From: Mobula hypostoma
Lineage: Eukaryota
DNA: 64,000 nt
Assembly: GCF_963921235.1 (NCBI RefSeq)
Contig: NC_086097.1
Span: forward strand, 183,026,001-183,090,000
Direction: 5' to 3'
Of the stretch, positions 12,036 to 26,428 are shown piece after piece. Under the pieces are notes generated by a model that was not told where the DNA came from, ran no database searches, and saw only the letters and a list, made by a program, of their open reading frames with translations. The stretch's first letter is position 1. Each line of letters starts with the position of its first letter. A program made the position numbers and the translations under genes.

Positions 12036-14290
12036 TGCCATATGGCAATTACAGCACAGAAACAGGCCATCTTGGCCCTTCTAGTCCATGCTGAACTCTT
12101 ACTCTCTCCTAGTCCCACCGACCTGCACTCAGCCCATAACCCTCCATTCCTTTCCTGTCCATATATCTATCCAATTTGACTTTAAATGACAACATTGAAC
12201 CTGCCTCAACCACTTCTGCTGGAAGCTCATTCCACACAGCTACCACTCTCTGAGTAAAGAAGTTCCCCCTCACGTTAACCCTAAACTTTTGCCCTTTAAC
12301 TCTCAACTCATGTCCTCTTATTTGAATCTCCCCTACTCTCAATGGAAAATGCCTATCCACGTCAACTCTATCTATCCCCCTCATAATTTTAAATACCTCT
12401 ATCAAGTCCCCCGTCAATCTTCTACGTTCCAAAGAATAAAGACCCAACTTGTTCAACCTTTCTCTGTAACTTAGGTGATGAAACCCAGATAACATTCTAG
12501 TAAATCTTCTCTGTACTCTCTCTATTTTGTTGACATCTTTCCTATAACTCAGTGACCAAAACTGTACACAATACTCGAAATTTGGCCTCACCAATTCCTT
12601 GTACAATTTCAATATTACATCCCAACTCCTCTACTCTGCTCTGATTTATAAAGGTCAGCATACCAAAAGCTTTCTTCACCACCCTATCCACATGAGATTC
12701 CACCTTCAGGGAACTATGCAACATCCCTCTGTTCTATTGCATTCTTCAATGCCCTACCATTTACCATGTATATCCTATTTTGATTAGTCCTACCAAAATG
12801 TAGCACCTCACATTTATCAGCATTAAACTCCATCTGCCATCTTTCAGCCCACTCTTCTAACTGGCCTAAATCTCTCTGCAAGCTATGAAAACCTACTTCA
12901 TTATCCACAACTCCACCTATCTTAGTATCATCTGCATACTTACTCATCCAATTTACCACTCCATCATCCAGATCATTAACATATATGACAAATAACATTG
13001 GACCCAGTACAGATCCCTGAGGCCCACCACTAGTCACCGGCCTCCAATCTGACAAACAGTTATCCACTACCACTCTCTGGCATCTCCCATCCAGCCACTG
13101 CTGTATCCATTTTACTACTTCAATATTAATACCTAACGATTGAACCTTTCTAACCAACCTTCCATGTGGGACCTTGTCAAAGGCCTTACTGAAGTCCATA
13201 TAAACAACATCCACCGCTTTACCCTCATCAACTTTCCTAGTAACCTCTTCAAAAAAATTCAATAAGATCTGTCAAACATGACCTTGCACGCACAAATCCA
13301 TGTTGACTGTTCCTAATCAGACCCTGTCTATCCAGATAATTATATATACCATCTCTAAGAATACTTTCCATCAATTTACCCACCACTGACATCAAACTCA
13401 CAGGCCGGTAATTGCTAGGTTTACTCTTAGAACTCTTTTTAAACAATGGAACAACATGAGCAATATGCTAATCCTCCGGCACCATCCCTGTTTCTAATGA
13501 CATTTGAAATATTTCTGTCAGAGCCCTTGCTATTTCCACACTAACTTTCCTCAAGGTCCTAGGGAATATCCTGTCAGGACCTGGAGACTTATCCGCTTTT
13601 ATATTCCTTAAAAGTGCCAGTACTTCCTCTGCTTTAATCGTCATAGTTTCCATAACTACCCGACTTGTTTCCCTTAGCTTACACAATTCAATATCCTTCT
13701 CCTTAGTGAATACTGATGAAAAGAAATTGTTCAGAATCTCTCCCATTTCTTTTGGCTCCACACATAGCTGTCCACTCTGATTCTCCAAAGCAACCTCATA
13801 TCTTCTTTTCGCTTTTCTAATTTCTTTCTTAAGATTCTTTTTACATTCTTTATATTCCTCAAGCACCTGATTTACTCCATGCTGCCTATATTTATTATAG
13901 ATATCTCTCTTTTTCCGAACAAAGTTTCTAATATCCCTTGAAAACCATAGCTCTCTCAAACTTTTAACCTTTCCCTTCAACTTAACGGGAATATAAAGAT
14001 TCTGTACTCTCAAAATTTCACCTTTAAATGACCTCCATTTCTCTATAACATTTTTCCCATAAAACAAATTGTCCCAATCCACTCCTTCTAAATCCTTCCG
14101 CGTCTCCTCAAAATTAGCCTTTCTCCAATCAAAAATCTCAACCCTGGGTCCAGACCTATCCTTCTCCATAATTATATTGAAACTAATGGCATTGTGATCA
14201 CTGGACCCGAAGTGCTCCCCAACACAAACCTCTGTTACCTAGCCTATCTCATTCCCTAACAGGAGATCCAACACTGCCCCTTCTCTAGCC
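12036..14290 (-). mobile_element. CR1 LINE, 5'-truncated, frameshifted ORF2
   Basis: ORFs 13468..14169, 12714..13262 (PQGSVLGP, YADD), 12109..12612; closely similar to 43542..45695. Confidence 0.93.
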
Positions 14291-15181
14291 ACTCTTAGCC
14301 ACTTGGTATTCTTAGAGCCAGGTCTAACAATACTTCCTTCCTTTTTCCTGCCTTCCTGTGCCCTCAATAGTTCTGTCACCTCTTGCAAATTCCCTCTTCT
14401 ATCACCCTCTCTCTGTTTGATGACCCTGTAGAATGATGGTGCAAAGCTATTTATTTATTCAAGTGGATTATGTCCATATTTCATCGATCTCCCACTGCTA
14501 TTACATTATCCTCAATCAGTAAAGTCACTTTCCTGCCTTTTTCCCTTTCTTATCCTTTCTGAACAACTTTCATCCAGAAACATTAAGGGAACAGCTCTGT
14601 CCTTTCTGATTGATCGCTATTCCTTAATCTGTGATGAATCCAATGTTGTCGTTTTAATGTTTGCCTGTATCTCAGTCATCCTGCACTCCTGTGGTAGTCT
14701 TCGGTCTTCTATAGACTGAATATTTATATCACAGATTATACAAATCTACACGGAGACTATCTGGCCCATTGGATCTATGCCAGCTCCCAAAAGAGCTTTC
14801 CCATAAATTCCACTTCTGTTCACCTTATACCCCTATGGTCCTGTCACATATTCTACTCCACATGCCTTTTCCTTGATCTTTTTCCATTTACCTAAATTGA
14901 GAAGCAGATGAAGTCACTTTACTCTGCCTCTGGCATAGGGTAAAATGTGAAAAGTGGCAAGTGGGTCAAGACCAACTTGGAAGCCTGAGGTAAAAACTGT
15001 AGCAGCAGCTGAAAATTGGGTAAATTGATTATAATGGGGAAAAGTACGAAGAGGCTGGCCATCCTTAGTTGAAGGGAGAGGTAGTTAGCAGTGATCTGTG
15101 TTAAGCAAGGGACACCATGATGTCAGTGGTGTGGAAACAAGATACATACTGATGTAACTGTCTTTTCTCTTGATTGACTAG

Positions 15182-15361
15182 TGAATGGAGGATGGTCCAA
15201 ATGGAGTCCATGGTCAATGTGTGACCGGGCTTGTGGAGGAGGCAAGTCTCTCCGGATACGATCCTGTACTGAACCACCCCCAAAGAATGGAGGCAAGACC
15301 TGCACTGGAGAGCGATTTGAAGTGATGTTGTGTAATGTCCAGCCCTGTGGTGCAAACACAG
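15182..15361 (+). CDS. SSPO: SCO-spondin exon, TSR1 ([21 protein letters not shown]...[10 protein letters not shown])
   Basis: tAG acceptor, donor CAG|GTGTGA; 180 nt, phase 1-1; canonical TSR1. Confidence 0.92.
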
Positions 15362-16362
15362 GTGTGAACTTAGCAGTTGCTCATCAAACCGCGTTTTGAG
15401 ATGGAGGTTGGACTGATCTTTGCGTATTCAGAGTGTGGCAGGAGGGAAAGTTAATTGGTTGCTTATTAAGTTTTGAGGTTAGTGATAAGTATTAGTACAA
15501 CTGTCTGATTTTAGTGAGGGTTGGGTTAGCATCTGGGAAGTGTTCAGGATTGGGATGGGGAAGAGTCGGTTGGGATTCGACTTGGTTTAAGATTGTAACA
15601 TGTGCTGACATACAAGATCAGATCATTACACAGTGCATTGAGGTAGAACAAGGTAAAACAATATCAGAATGCAGAGTAAAGTAACGGGCTGCAGGGAAAG
15701 TGCAATGCGGGTGTTAATAAGGTGCAAGCTCATAATGACGCAGATAGTGAGGACAAGAGATCATATACTAGGGAACCATTTAATGGTTTTATAACAGCAG
15801 GGTTCAAGTGGTCCTTGAGCCTAGTAACATGCACTTCCAGGCTTTAGTATTTTCTTTTTTTTTGTAATTTATTTTTTATTGAATTTCATCTTCAAACAAA
15901 CACTAATGATTAGGAGAAGGGAGAAGAGAGACTGTCTGGGGTGGGTGGGGTTTTTGATTATGTTGGCTGCTGTACTAAGGCAATGAGAATTGTAGACAGA
16001 GTCAATGACGGGAAGGCTGGTTTCTGTGATGTGCTTAGCTACATTCAGAATGTTGCAGTTTCTTGCAGAGATGGTGCTTTGATAAAAATTGGTAAGGGTT
16101 GAGAGAGACGTGATAAATTTCTTTAGCATCCAGCGGAAATAGAACATTTGATGAACTTTCTTGGCTGTGGCCAGGATAGAGTATTAGTGATGTTCAGTCC
16201 TAGAAACTTGTGATGGTTTAATTGGGGAAGAGATGGTTGGATTTGGTATAGTAATTTTTGGATGGGTGAGTTTAGGAAGTGATACAATGTTTTGAGAGAT
16301 GATAATTGCAGTTAGAAGGACGTGGAATGTTTGGTTATTCTACTTTTCCATATTTTCTCCAG

Positions 16363-16497
16363 GTGCTGATGGCTGCCCCACTGGCCTGGAGTATGTTGAC
16401 TGCGCCAACAGATGCCCTCGAGCCTGTGTTGACTTCCAGAGTGGAATAGTCTGCTCCAACAATGGAACGTGTGAAGCAGGCTGTCGATGTCCAAATG
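16363..16497 (+). CDS. SSPO: SCO-spondin exon, TIL domain (CPTGLEYVDCANRCPRACVD...CEAGCRCPN)
   Basis: ttttctccAG acceptor, donor G|GTATGG; 135 nt; TIL cysteine pattern. Confidence 0.93.
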
Positions 16498-16787
16498 GTA
16501 TGGAAAAAGTCTCATAACTTGCTCTGTAATCCCCCAGGCTCCAAGCTCCAGTCCCACTCCATAAATATACATTTTCAAACTGAAGTTGTAGAACTGAAAA
16601 CTGCGGAACACCACTTGTCAGACCTTTGGTCAGAATAATGCAGATTTGCTGATCCTGTTATCATCGATATCATTTCTGTGCATAAAAGGGATTGGTGCTG
16701 GGTTTGTCATTGTTATCATTAATATAAATAATAAACAACAATAGACCAGCACAGGTTGCTGTGGCAAACTACTAGTCATGGGCCTAA

Positions 16788-17280
16788 GCAACACTCACAA
16801 CACGCTGGAGAAACTCAGCAGGTCGGGCAGCATCCGTGGAAAAGATCGGACGACGTTTCGGGCCGGAACCCTTTGTCAGGACTGTAGGGGGAAGGGGCAG
16901 AGGCCCTATAAAGAAGGTCGGGGGAGGGTGGGAAGGAGAAGGCTGGTAGGTTCCAGGTGAAAAACCAGTAAGGGGAAAGATAAAGGGGTGGGGGAGGGGA
17001 AGCAGGGAGATGATGGGCAGGAAAGGTGAAGAAAGAATAGGGGAAAACACAATGGGTAGTAGAAGGAGACAGAACCATGAGGGAGGTGATAGGCAGCTGG
17101 GGGAGGGGGCAGAGTGACATAGGGATAGGGGAAGAGAGGAGTAGGGAATTACCAGAAGTTGGAGAATTCTATGTTCATACCAAGGGGCTGGAGACTACCT
17201 AGACGGTATATGAGGTGTTGCTCCTCCAACCTGAGTTTAGCCTCATCATGGCAGTAGAGGAGGCCATGTATGGACATGGG
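16788..17280 (-). mobile_element. Penelope-like element 3' end (GIY-YIG C-terminus + 3' UTR with hammerhead-like motif)
   Basis: Minus strand encodes MSIHGLLYCHDEAKLRLEEQHLIYRLGSLQPLGMNIEFSNF, then a pyrimidine-rich UTR and CTGACAA-AGGG..CCC-GAAACGTC. Confidence 0.75.
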
Positions 17281-18950
17281 CCTCTAGTCAGAGAGACAAC
17301 CATCTTGATTTTCTCTCACTAAGCCAATGTTGAAACCAATTTACTACCTTATCCTGAATGCCAAGAAACTGAAACTTCTGGACCAGCCTCCCATATAAGA
17401 CTTTGTCAAAGCCTTTGGGAAAGTCCATGTAGACAATATCCACCAGCTTCCCTTAATCAACTTCTTGGTAATCTCCTTGAAAAAGGTCGGTTAGACATGA
17501 TCTGCCTCGCACAAAAAGCCATGTTGACTATTTCCAAGCAGGCCTTGTCTATTGAAATACTTATATATCCTGTTCCTTAGAATACCATCCGATAAGTTAA
17601 CCATGGCTGATATTAGGCTAACCAGCATATAATTTCTTAGTTTATTCTCAGAGACTTTCTTGAACAATGGAACAATATTAGCTATCCTCCAGGCCCCTGA
17701 CACTTCAGCCATGGTTAAGGACATTTTAAGTGTCTCTGTCAGAGATAGATTGAATAGATACCCTGTACCTTCTTTAGGTTTGAAATGTCAAATACCAAAG
17801 GGTATGTACTTAAGATGAGAGGAGACAAGATTTTTCTAAATACATACAAAGCGGTGAGTGGGTGGAATGCTAGGCCGGGGTGGTGTGGAGGCAAATACGA
17901 TAGAAGCATTCAATAAGTACATGAATGCATAGGAAACGGAGAGGTATGGACATTGTATGGACATTTTATGGGCAGAAGGGATTACTTTGGTTGGGCATTT
18001 GATTACTAATTGAATTAGTTTTGAGGGGTCTGTTCCTGTGCTATCTATGTTCTATCAGATCTATTTATCAGATCTATTCTTCAGATCTCCCATCACTCTT
18101 CCACTCCAGAGAAAACAACCCAATTTTGTAAAACTTCTCCTTGAGGCTTATGCCCTCTAATCCAGGCAGTACCTTTGTTAACCTCTTTCATACCTTCTCC
18201 AAATCTTCTGCATCCTTCCTATAATTGGCTGACCAGAATTGAATACTTCAGATGCAGCCTAACTGGAGTTTTATAAAGTTGCAACCTAATTTCCTGAATC
18301 TTGAACTCAATTCTTCAACTAATCAAGATAAGTATGCCATATACCAGAGGCAAATCTCAAGGTGTATAATTTATGCATTCTTTGATAATAGATGTACTTT
18401 GAATATTCCTTCTTTAGAACATTAGTGAGGCCATATGTGGGTTCAGTTTTGATCATCCTGTGATAGGAAAGTTGCTATTACATTAGAAAGAGTGCTGAAA
18501 AGATTTACAAGGGTGTGCCAGGTTTTGAATGATTGGGTACCAGGGAGAGGTTGGACAGCCTGGGACCTTATTTGTTAGAGTGCAGGGGAGAGAAGAGTAA
18601 TGTTATTGAGGTGTATACAATGATGAGGAGCGGAGACTGGGTGAATGACAGTCTTTCTCCCAGGGTTGGGGAATCAAGAACTGAAACTGCTGGAGGAAGT
18701 GACTGAGACAGGTACAATAACAATTTTAGAAAGACACTTGGACAAGTACAAGGATTAGAAAGATTTAGAAGGTTTATTGGCCAAACAGTAGCAAATGGGG
18801 CTAACTTGGATGGGATATTTTGGTCAGCATGGACCACGTAAGCCAAAGGGCCTGTTTCCAATTATGTATACCTCCCGCTGTATAAAGGATCCTTTACCTT
18901 GAGATTCCACACTCATTCTTGACTCACTACACAAGGCCTAATGTTTACAG

Positions 18951-19191
18951 GTTCCCTGGAACAGGATGGTGTTTGTGTAGCTCCCTGGCAGTGCCAGTGC
19001 ACTGACTCGTTTGGAAAAACCTGGGCACCAGGGAGCATGCAGCAGGTCGACTGCAACAACTGCACCTGTACGGACGGACAGATTACCTGCTCAAACAACA
19101 TCTGCCAGACCTCAGACTGTGCTTGGAGTCACTGGTCAGCTTGGTCATCCTGCAGCATCACCTGTGGGATTGGCACTCGATCCCGCTTCAG
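18951..19191 (+). CDS. SSPO: SCO-spondin exon: end of TIL, VWC-like (DCNNCTC) and start of a TSR1
   Basis: tttacAG acceptor, donor AG|GTGAGT; 241 nt, phase 1-2. Confidence 0.93.
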
Positions 19192-21051
19192 GTGAGTCAC
19201 ACCAGGAATCCACTGTTCATGAAAGGTGGGAGACTGCTCTTTGACAGATTTTGATTATCTACCATATCTACACTCTCAGCTTGTTAAAAACCTCTGAATG
19301 CTCCCCCTTGACATCCAGAACTCCAGTGAGAATAAACCCAGTCTCTTATAATCCATCCTCCATTCTAGGTAACATCCTGGAATCTCTTCTGCGCTCTCTC
19401 AATTGCTACCACATCCTTTCTGTAACTTCAAATGCCATTAGAGCTGTACAGTACAGCACAGCACAGGAACAGCCCGTTCAGCCACCAAATCCATGTTAAA
19501 CATAATGCTAATGTAAATTCATCACAAATATATGCACATGGTCCATGTCTCTCCATTCCCTTCCTGTTCATGTGCCTGTTTGACTACCTGTAAATATTTC
19601 AGTGGTATCTGCTTCCCCCAGCACCCATTTGTTTTAAAACAAGAACGTTATTGTAAGTAATGATATTTTATACTACGGGGATAAAACCCTGACTATATTA
19701 TCTCTGCCTGTCATTCTTTTATATACGTCTATCAAACCTCTGCTCAGCCTCTGAAACTCCAGAAGAAGCAACCCAAGTTTACCCAACACCTCCTTCAGCT
19801 AATATCTCCAATCCTGTGGAGCCTTTTCTACAAACTCTCCAAAGCTTCCATGTGCTTCCTGCACTGTGGATACCAGAATAACACACACTGCTTTCCTGGA
19901 GACATTTCACAAATTCCACCCCATCCATGCTCTGAACAGTCTGGGTGTCTCATTAATAACAATCAAAATCTCTCACCAGTATAACCCTGTAATTCTTAAA
20001 ACCATGTGAAGTTTCTCTACACACCTGCTCCTCAAATTCCCATTGATTATTGGGTGTGGGGGTCTATAATACAGCCCACCAGAGTGACCCTACCCTTGTT
20101 CTATGTAAATTGCCTCACTGGACCATCCCCCTGAATATCATCCCTAAGCACTGCTGTTATGTGCAGTCTGCACCCCCTCCTCACTTACCTGTACCTCTCT
20201 CATTCCTGTAGCTCCATATCTGGAAACACTGAGCTGCCAGATCTGCCTTTCTCTTAGCCAAGTTTTTGTTATGACCTTAACATCCTTTTATAATTACTAT
20301 TCTATAGATTTGCTGGCTAAGTATTCTCTCAAGAAAATGAATCTCTGGGTCCTTGGACTGCAGAGTCCCTGCTTTAGGGAAACCTGAACTAGGACTCCCA
20401 AGACCCTCCGCACTCTTATTTCTCATCCTTCTCCCCATTTAGAAAACAGTCTGCACCTTTGTTCTTCCTACCAAAGAGCATCACCATACACTTTGCTACA
20501 CTGTAATCCATCTGCCTCTTTGCCCACTCTCCCAACGTGCCCAAATCCTCTGGCAGGCTTCCTGCTTCTGCGATGCTACCTACCCCTCCACCTGTCTGCA
20601 AACTTGGCCTCAATGCCATCAGTACTTCCACCCAGATCATTAATGTATAAGGTGAAATGCTGTGCTCCCAACATTTACCCCTGTGAGACACCAGTGGTCG
20701 TGGTCAGCCATCCTGAAAAGGAGCCCTTTATGACCACTCTCTGCCTTCTGCCAGTCAACAGGCTGACCATCTATAATGTCTATGTTTCCATATATGGGTA
20801 AATCTTATCAAAAAAATCTGCAATAATTTCCCTACCACTGATGCAAGGCTCACAGGCCCATAATTTCCTGTTTTGTCCCTTCTCTTCTGAAGTAAAATAA
20901 TTATATTAGCTACTCTCCAGTCCTCTAGGACTTTGTCCATGGCTAAAGAGAATATAAAGATTTCTTTCAAGAATCTTCTCTCATGCCACTCTCAATAATC
21001 TGGGGTAGACTCTGCCAGGCTCTGAGGGCATATCCTCTTTAATATTCTTTG

Positions 21052-21618
21052 TGTAACTTGGTTCGGCTAGGTGGAAAGGTGGCTTAATCTAGGGGAAGAC
21101 AGCCCTTGGCCCGGCCAAACTTAAGAAATCTTGCTTGGGTGGATGCTGCACGATGTGTTCCCTGTTACAAATCAGTACCATGAAATAACAAACAGTACAC
21201 AATATGTGATTAAACGATTTAGCTTTATAATTCTTAATTTGACTATATGGTTAATAAAGAAACAAAAAAAGAAAAGGGCCCATTCTCATGGAACAGTCTA
21301 CGAGCAACATTGGCGCTCACGGTTCAGTCCTCTGGTTTCCTGTTGACCTCCGAGCAGAGCCGACCCTCCGACCCTCGGACCCTCACTTCAAGTCGATTCC
21401 GTCCGATGGACTACCAACTCTCTCCATTCATGTCTCCTCTCCTCATCTCTCCTCGGTAAAAGACCGCGAAATCCCTGCTCCCAGACCACAAGAAAGAACA
21501 ACATCCCTCTCATTGGCTAGCCCCACAATCCAAAGCCCCATTTTCCCTAGTCATAACCCAAACATTGCTGCTACAGAGAAACCATTACATTAGCAGTGAA
21601 ACCTTACAGTGTGTTACA
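21052..21618. mobile_element. Solo LTR (Gypsy-like)
   Basis: Inverted termini TGTAAC...GTTACA; 4-bp TSD TTTG (21048-21051 / 21619-21622); shares cagcccttggcccggccaaac..ggatgctg with the reverse complement of 343..1051. Confidence 0.82.
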
Positions 21619-22231
21619 TTTGATTTTAGTAATATCTGTAAATGCACTGATCTTATGTCCTGCATTCGCATTCAGATTGTTATTGTATACAGTGAAGAGT
21701 AAGGATCCTGTGGTTTACCAGAGGTCACAGAAACATGCTACGCGTGATATTATGCAGATAATAGAACAGCATTATGGAAGGAGAGGTGAGAGGAGAAATG
21801 GTTGAAACCCTAGGACTGAATATTAATGAAGTGAAAAGCCTGAGATCTACTTTAGATCATGAGAAGTAATTAATGGTAATAAGCTCTTCTCTTGATTTAT
21901 GCTCTTCCGTCATTCCCACTGTCCAGCTCCTGTTACTCCACGCTCCCCCACCTCCCTTCTTATCCTTCTGGATTCTCGTCTGAGATGCTCCTTGTAGCCC
22001 CTTTATCCAATTATTTAGATAGAATGAATCCTAACTCCTCCCATTCCCCTCATTTAATTCTCATATGGGGTAAGGAAATATATTGGGTGAGGTGTAGAAG
22101 TATTGAGGAAGCCAGGGAGTGGAAGGTACGGCTATGCTGGCTAATAGAAGTCAAGGGAAGAGTGGTGTTAATGACTTTGATGATAATTTGTTGTATTCTG
22201 AGCAGCACTTATGGTAAACATGGTTTTGTAG

Positions 22232-22384
22232 ATCATCAACATCAGAATCACTTGAGAGCGAATGTAACCAGGATCAAGTACAAACCAAACAATGTGACCA
22301 AGGCCAGTGCCCAGTATTATGTCTTCACGATGAGCAGGAAATGCAGTTTGGAGAGACTTGGTTTGTAGGTGAATGCAAGCAGTG
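22232..22384 (+). CDS. SSPO: SCO-spondin exon (RSSTSESLESECNQDQVQTKQCDQGQCPVLCLHDEQEMQFGETWFVGECKQC)
   Basis: ttttgtAG acceptor, donor TG|GTAAGT; 153 nt, phase 2-2, completes the TSR begun in the previous exon; hand-translated. Confidence 0.9.
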
Positions 22385-24161
22385 GTAAGTAATTCATAAG
22401 TTGTAAGCCTTCTGCCTGAAGAATGGCACCAAATGGTTTAATTCTGCTCAACCTGAGTGAGAGATTTTCTAACCATCTTATACTAGATATTGATTTTCCA
22501 CCACTCTTCTTTGCCTCCAATCGTCAAGCCAATTTTGCATCCCATTAGCCAGCTCGCTTTGAATTCCATGTGCTTGAATCTTCTAGACTAGCTTGCCATG
22601 TGGTACCTGGCCAAGTACCTTACTAAACGTCTTGTACACAACTGCACCTCCATCAATTTTATTGGGTACCTTCTCAACGATCTTAATCAAATCAGTGATA
22701 CTGGATTTTCCTCCACAAAGCCATGCTAATTGCAGCAGAAAACAAATTACCAGAAGAACTCAATGGGTCAGGCAGCATCTGTGGATGCAAAGGGATGATA
22801 AACATTTTGGTTAAGGTCCTGCGACAGTACACTCATTCATCGACTTACCTCCACAGACTGACTTGTTGATCGATTCCAGCAGTTTGTTTTATACTCTAGA
22901 GTTCAGCAGCTATAGTCTCTTGTGTTGCCATGCTGACCATCCCTGTTCAGCCGTCGCCTTTCCATATAGAATTTCCACAGAGAATTTTCCCCAATTATTT
23001 CCCTATCACAGCCACGAGTCTCACTCGTCTGGGTTGAAACCTGACTAATTCCTGCTGCCTTTCTTCAAGAAATAACATTAGCAGTTTTCTGGCTTCTCAC
23101 CTGTGGCTAACAAAAATCACAATTTTTCTGTCAGGTGTCCCAGCTATCTCCCTCCATACTTCCCATAGTATCCTTGATATAGATCTCATCTGAATTTGTG
23201 GATTTGTATAACCTCATGCATTTCAAGATATCTAACCTTCTTGATACTGACATGCACCAGGCTATCAATGCGCCTCTCCACCTCTGAGCTCACTAGCTTC
23301 CTTCCCCTTGGTGAATGCAGATAAGAACTAGGAGCAGGAGTAGGTCATCTGGTCCATCGAGCCTGCTCCATCATTCAATAAGATCTTGGCTGATGTAGCC
23401 ATGGACTCAGCTCTACCTTCCTTGTAACCCTTAATGAGATGAAGAGTCCTTGAAAGTGAGTCCATAGGTTGTGGGAACATTTCAGTGATGGGGCAAGTGA
23501 AGTTATCCACTTCGAAAGATCGAGGATCTGCACCTCATCTTCTATCTGGGCAGGGTGCAACCATCAGGACTGTATTGAATTTTTTAACTTCGGGGAACTG
23601 GATTTCTCAGTCTGCGTCAATTACCCACCTGTGATATTGGCTCAAATTGTTTTTTCCTTTCCATCTCCTCTGGCAACTCTATGATGCTGAATCAGGACAA
23701 TAGAAGATGGTCACCTGGCCGCTCATGCATGTGACAGATATGTGTAGAACAATCTACCCTGTCTCAGTCTTCTGCATTTCCTTCTCCACAAATATTTTAA
23801 CTTTCATCCAGCTCTCACACTGAAACTTGCAACTGAATCTGCATTCACCACAACTTTAGGCAATGTGTTCCTGGTCTTAACACACACTGTATGCATTCTA
23901 CAGCGTGATTAAAGGGCTGAGGGTATTGTGCATGGTAGTGGTGAGATGGGTGGAGTGGGGTTTGTGGACAAAAGCAGGAAGTGGAGGAGGAGTTAAAATA
24001 CAGTGTGGGGTGGAGTGGGGTGAATGCAGGGGTGTGAAGGTGAGATCCTGCTGGGATTTAAGGGTTCGAGAGGGGCTTGTTGGGAAAGTTGGGGGAAACA
24101 GGAGAGATATGATTGGCCCACGGGACACACTTCACACTTCTTTTTTTCTTCTTGTCCACAG

Positions 24162-24208
24162 TTTGTGCACACCTGAAGGAATCTATTGCCAACCCCTGGA
24201 TTGTCGAG
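24162..24208 (+). CDS. SSPO: SCO-spondin short exon (CLCTPEGIYCQPLDCR), end of VWC-like module
   Basis: Strong pyrimidine tract + cAG, donor G|GTAAGA; 47 nt, phase 2-1. Confidence 0.9.
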
Positions 24209-25910
24209 GTAAGACAGACTCTCTCTAAGATGAGGACACACTGGTCCAAGAACTGTACTGATTGAGAGTTGTATTATTCATCCTTGGACCAGTATAAGAT
24301 CAGAGAAGCCAGCTGTGCTGGAATGAGCTGTCCGATCAGTGCTGCTTCCCTACCACAAGAACGCAAGATCATCGAAGCAGGAGTGGGTCACCAGGCCCTT
24401 CAAGCACCTTGTCATTCAATATGACTATGGTGGATCCGTGCTGACCTCCATGCCCCTTCTGTGCTGGTTCCCTGTAACCCTCAGTTCCTTAAGCTTTCAA
24501 ATATTTATCTATCACAACCCTAAGTATGTCTAATGGTCCAACCTCTACCACCCTCTGAGGCAGAGAACTCCAGAAATTCCCTGCCTTCTGCGAGAAGTAA
24601 CTTGTACACACCTCAGTTATTTTGTAGTTATTTTATACTTTCCTTTGTCCTTCCCCAGAGCTCTGTAAATTATTTACCTTTTGGGAAAGTCACAGAGTAA
24701 TAGCATTGAAACACACCCATTGGCCAAATGTCCATACCAACCAAGGTGCCCATATCTATACCTTTCCTATCAATGTACTTACCTAAATGTCTTCAAATGT
24801 TGTACCTGCCTCATCCACTTTCTCTGGAAGCTCATTCCATGTACTCACCATACTCTGCATGAAGAAGTTGCTCCTCTGGTCCTTTTTAAGACTTTCACCT
24901 CTTAGTTAAACCTATGCCCTCTCATTCTGGGTTCCTTTTCCCTGGGGGAAAAGACTGAATGTAATTACCTTATATAAGCCCATTATGGTTTTACACAATT
25001 CTACAAGGTTTTCTCTCTGTTCTATGACTGAGGTGCTTAATTCCTGACAACATTCTTGTAAGTGTTCTTTGCACTTTTCAAAGTTCAAAGTAAATATATT
25101 AGCAAAGTACATAAGTCAACAGATACAACCCCGAGTTTCATTTTCTTGCGGGCATACGCAATAAATCCATAATAGAATCAATGTAAAACTGCACCAACTT
25201 GGGTGTTCAACCAGTGTGCAAAAGACAACAAGCTGTTCAATACAAAAGGAAATACATAATAAATAAATAAGCAATAAATATCGAGAACATGAGATAAAGA
25301 GTCCTTGAAAGTGAATCTATAGGTTATGGGAACATTTCAGTGATGGGGCAAGTGAATTTGAGTGAAGTCACCCCCTTTGGTTCAAAAACATGATGGTTGA
25401 GGGGTAATAACTATTCCTGAACCTGGTGGTGTGAGTCCTGAGGTTCCCATACATTCTTCCTGATGGCAGCAGTGAGAACAGAGCATGATCTGGATAGTGG
25501 GTGACCCTGATGATGGATTCGGTTTTCCTGTGACAATGCTCCATGTGTATGTGTTCAGTGGTAGGGAGGGTGTTACCTGCCATGAACTGGGCCGTATCCA
25601 CTACTTTTTTTTAGGATCTTCCATTCAAGGTCATTGGTGTTTCCATAACAGGCTGTGATGCAGCCAGTTAATATATTCTCCACCACACATCTATAGGTGT
25701 TTATTAAAGTTACAGATGTCATGCCAAATCTTTGCAAACTCCTAAGGAAGTAGTGGTGCTGCCCAGGACAGGTGCTCTGAAATGATAACACTGAGGAATT
25801 TAAAGTTGCTGACCCTCTCCTCCTCTGATCCTCTGAGGACTGTCTCCTGGACTTCTAGATTCCTCCCCCTGAAGTTAGTATTCAGCTCTTTGGTCTTGCT
25901 GACATTGAGT

Positions 25911-26036
25911 TCTGCCAAAGGGTTTAAGCCCGAAACGTCAACTATACTCTTTTCCTAGATGCTGCCTGGTTTGCTGAATTCCTCCAGCATTTTGTGTGTG
26001 TTGCTTGGATTTACAGCATCTGGAGATTTTCTCTTG
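25911..26036 (+). mobile_element. Short Penelope-like terminal fragment inserted in the Rex LINE
   Basis: TSD attgagt (25904-25910 / 26037-26043); begins with the hammerhead-like motif. Confidence 0.7.
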
Positions 26037-26428
26037 ATTGAGTAAGAGGTTGTTGCTGTGGCACCACTCACCCAGATTTTCAATCTCCTTGCTATATGCT
26101 AATTCATCACCGTTTTTGGTTTGGCCTATGAAAGTGGTGTAGAGAGCAAACTTGAATATGGCATTGGAGCTGTGCTTAGCCACAGATTCAAAAGTGAAAA
26201 GTGAGTAGAGCAGGAGACTAAGCACTTAGCTTTGTGGTGCACCTGCGCTGATGGAGATTGTGGTGGAGATGTTTCTGCCAATCCGAACTGACCGGGGTCT
26301 GCAAGTGAGGAAACCAAGGGTCCGTTTGCACAAGCAGATATTGAGGCCATGGTCTTGAAGCTTATTGATTGGTTTTGAGGGGATGATAGTATTGAATGCT
26401 AAGCTGTATTTGATAAAGAGCATCCTAA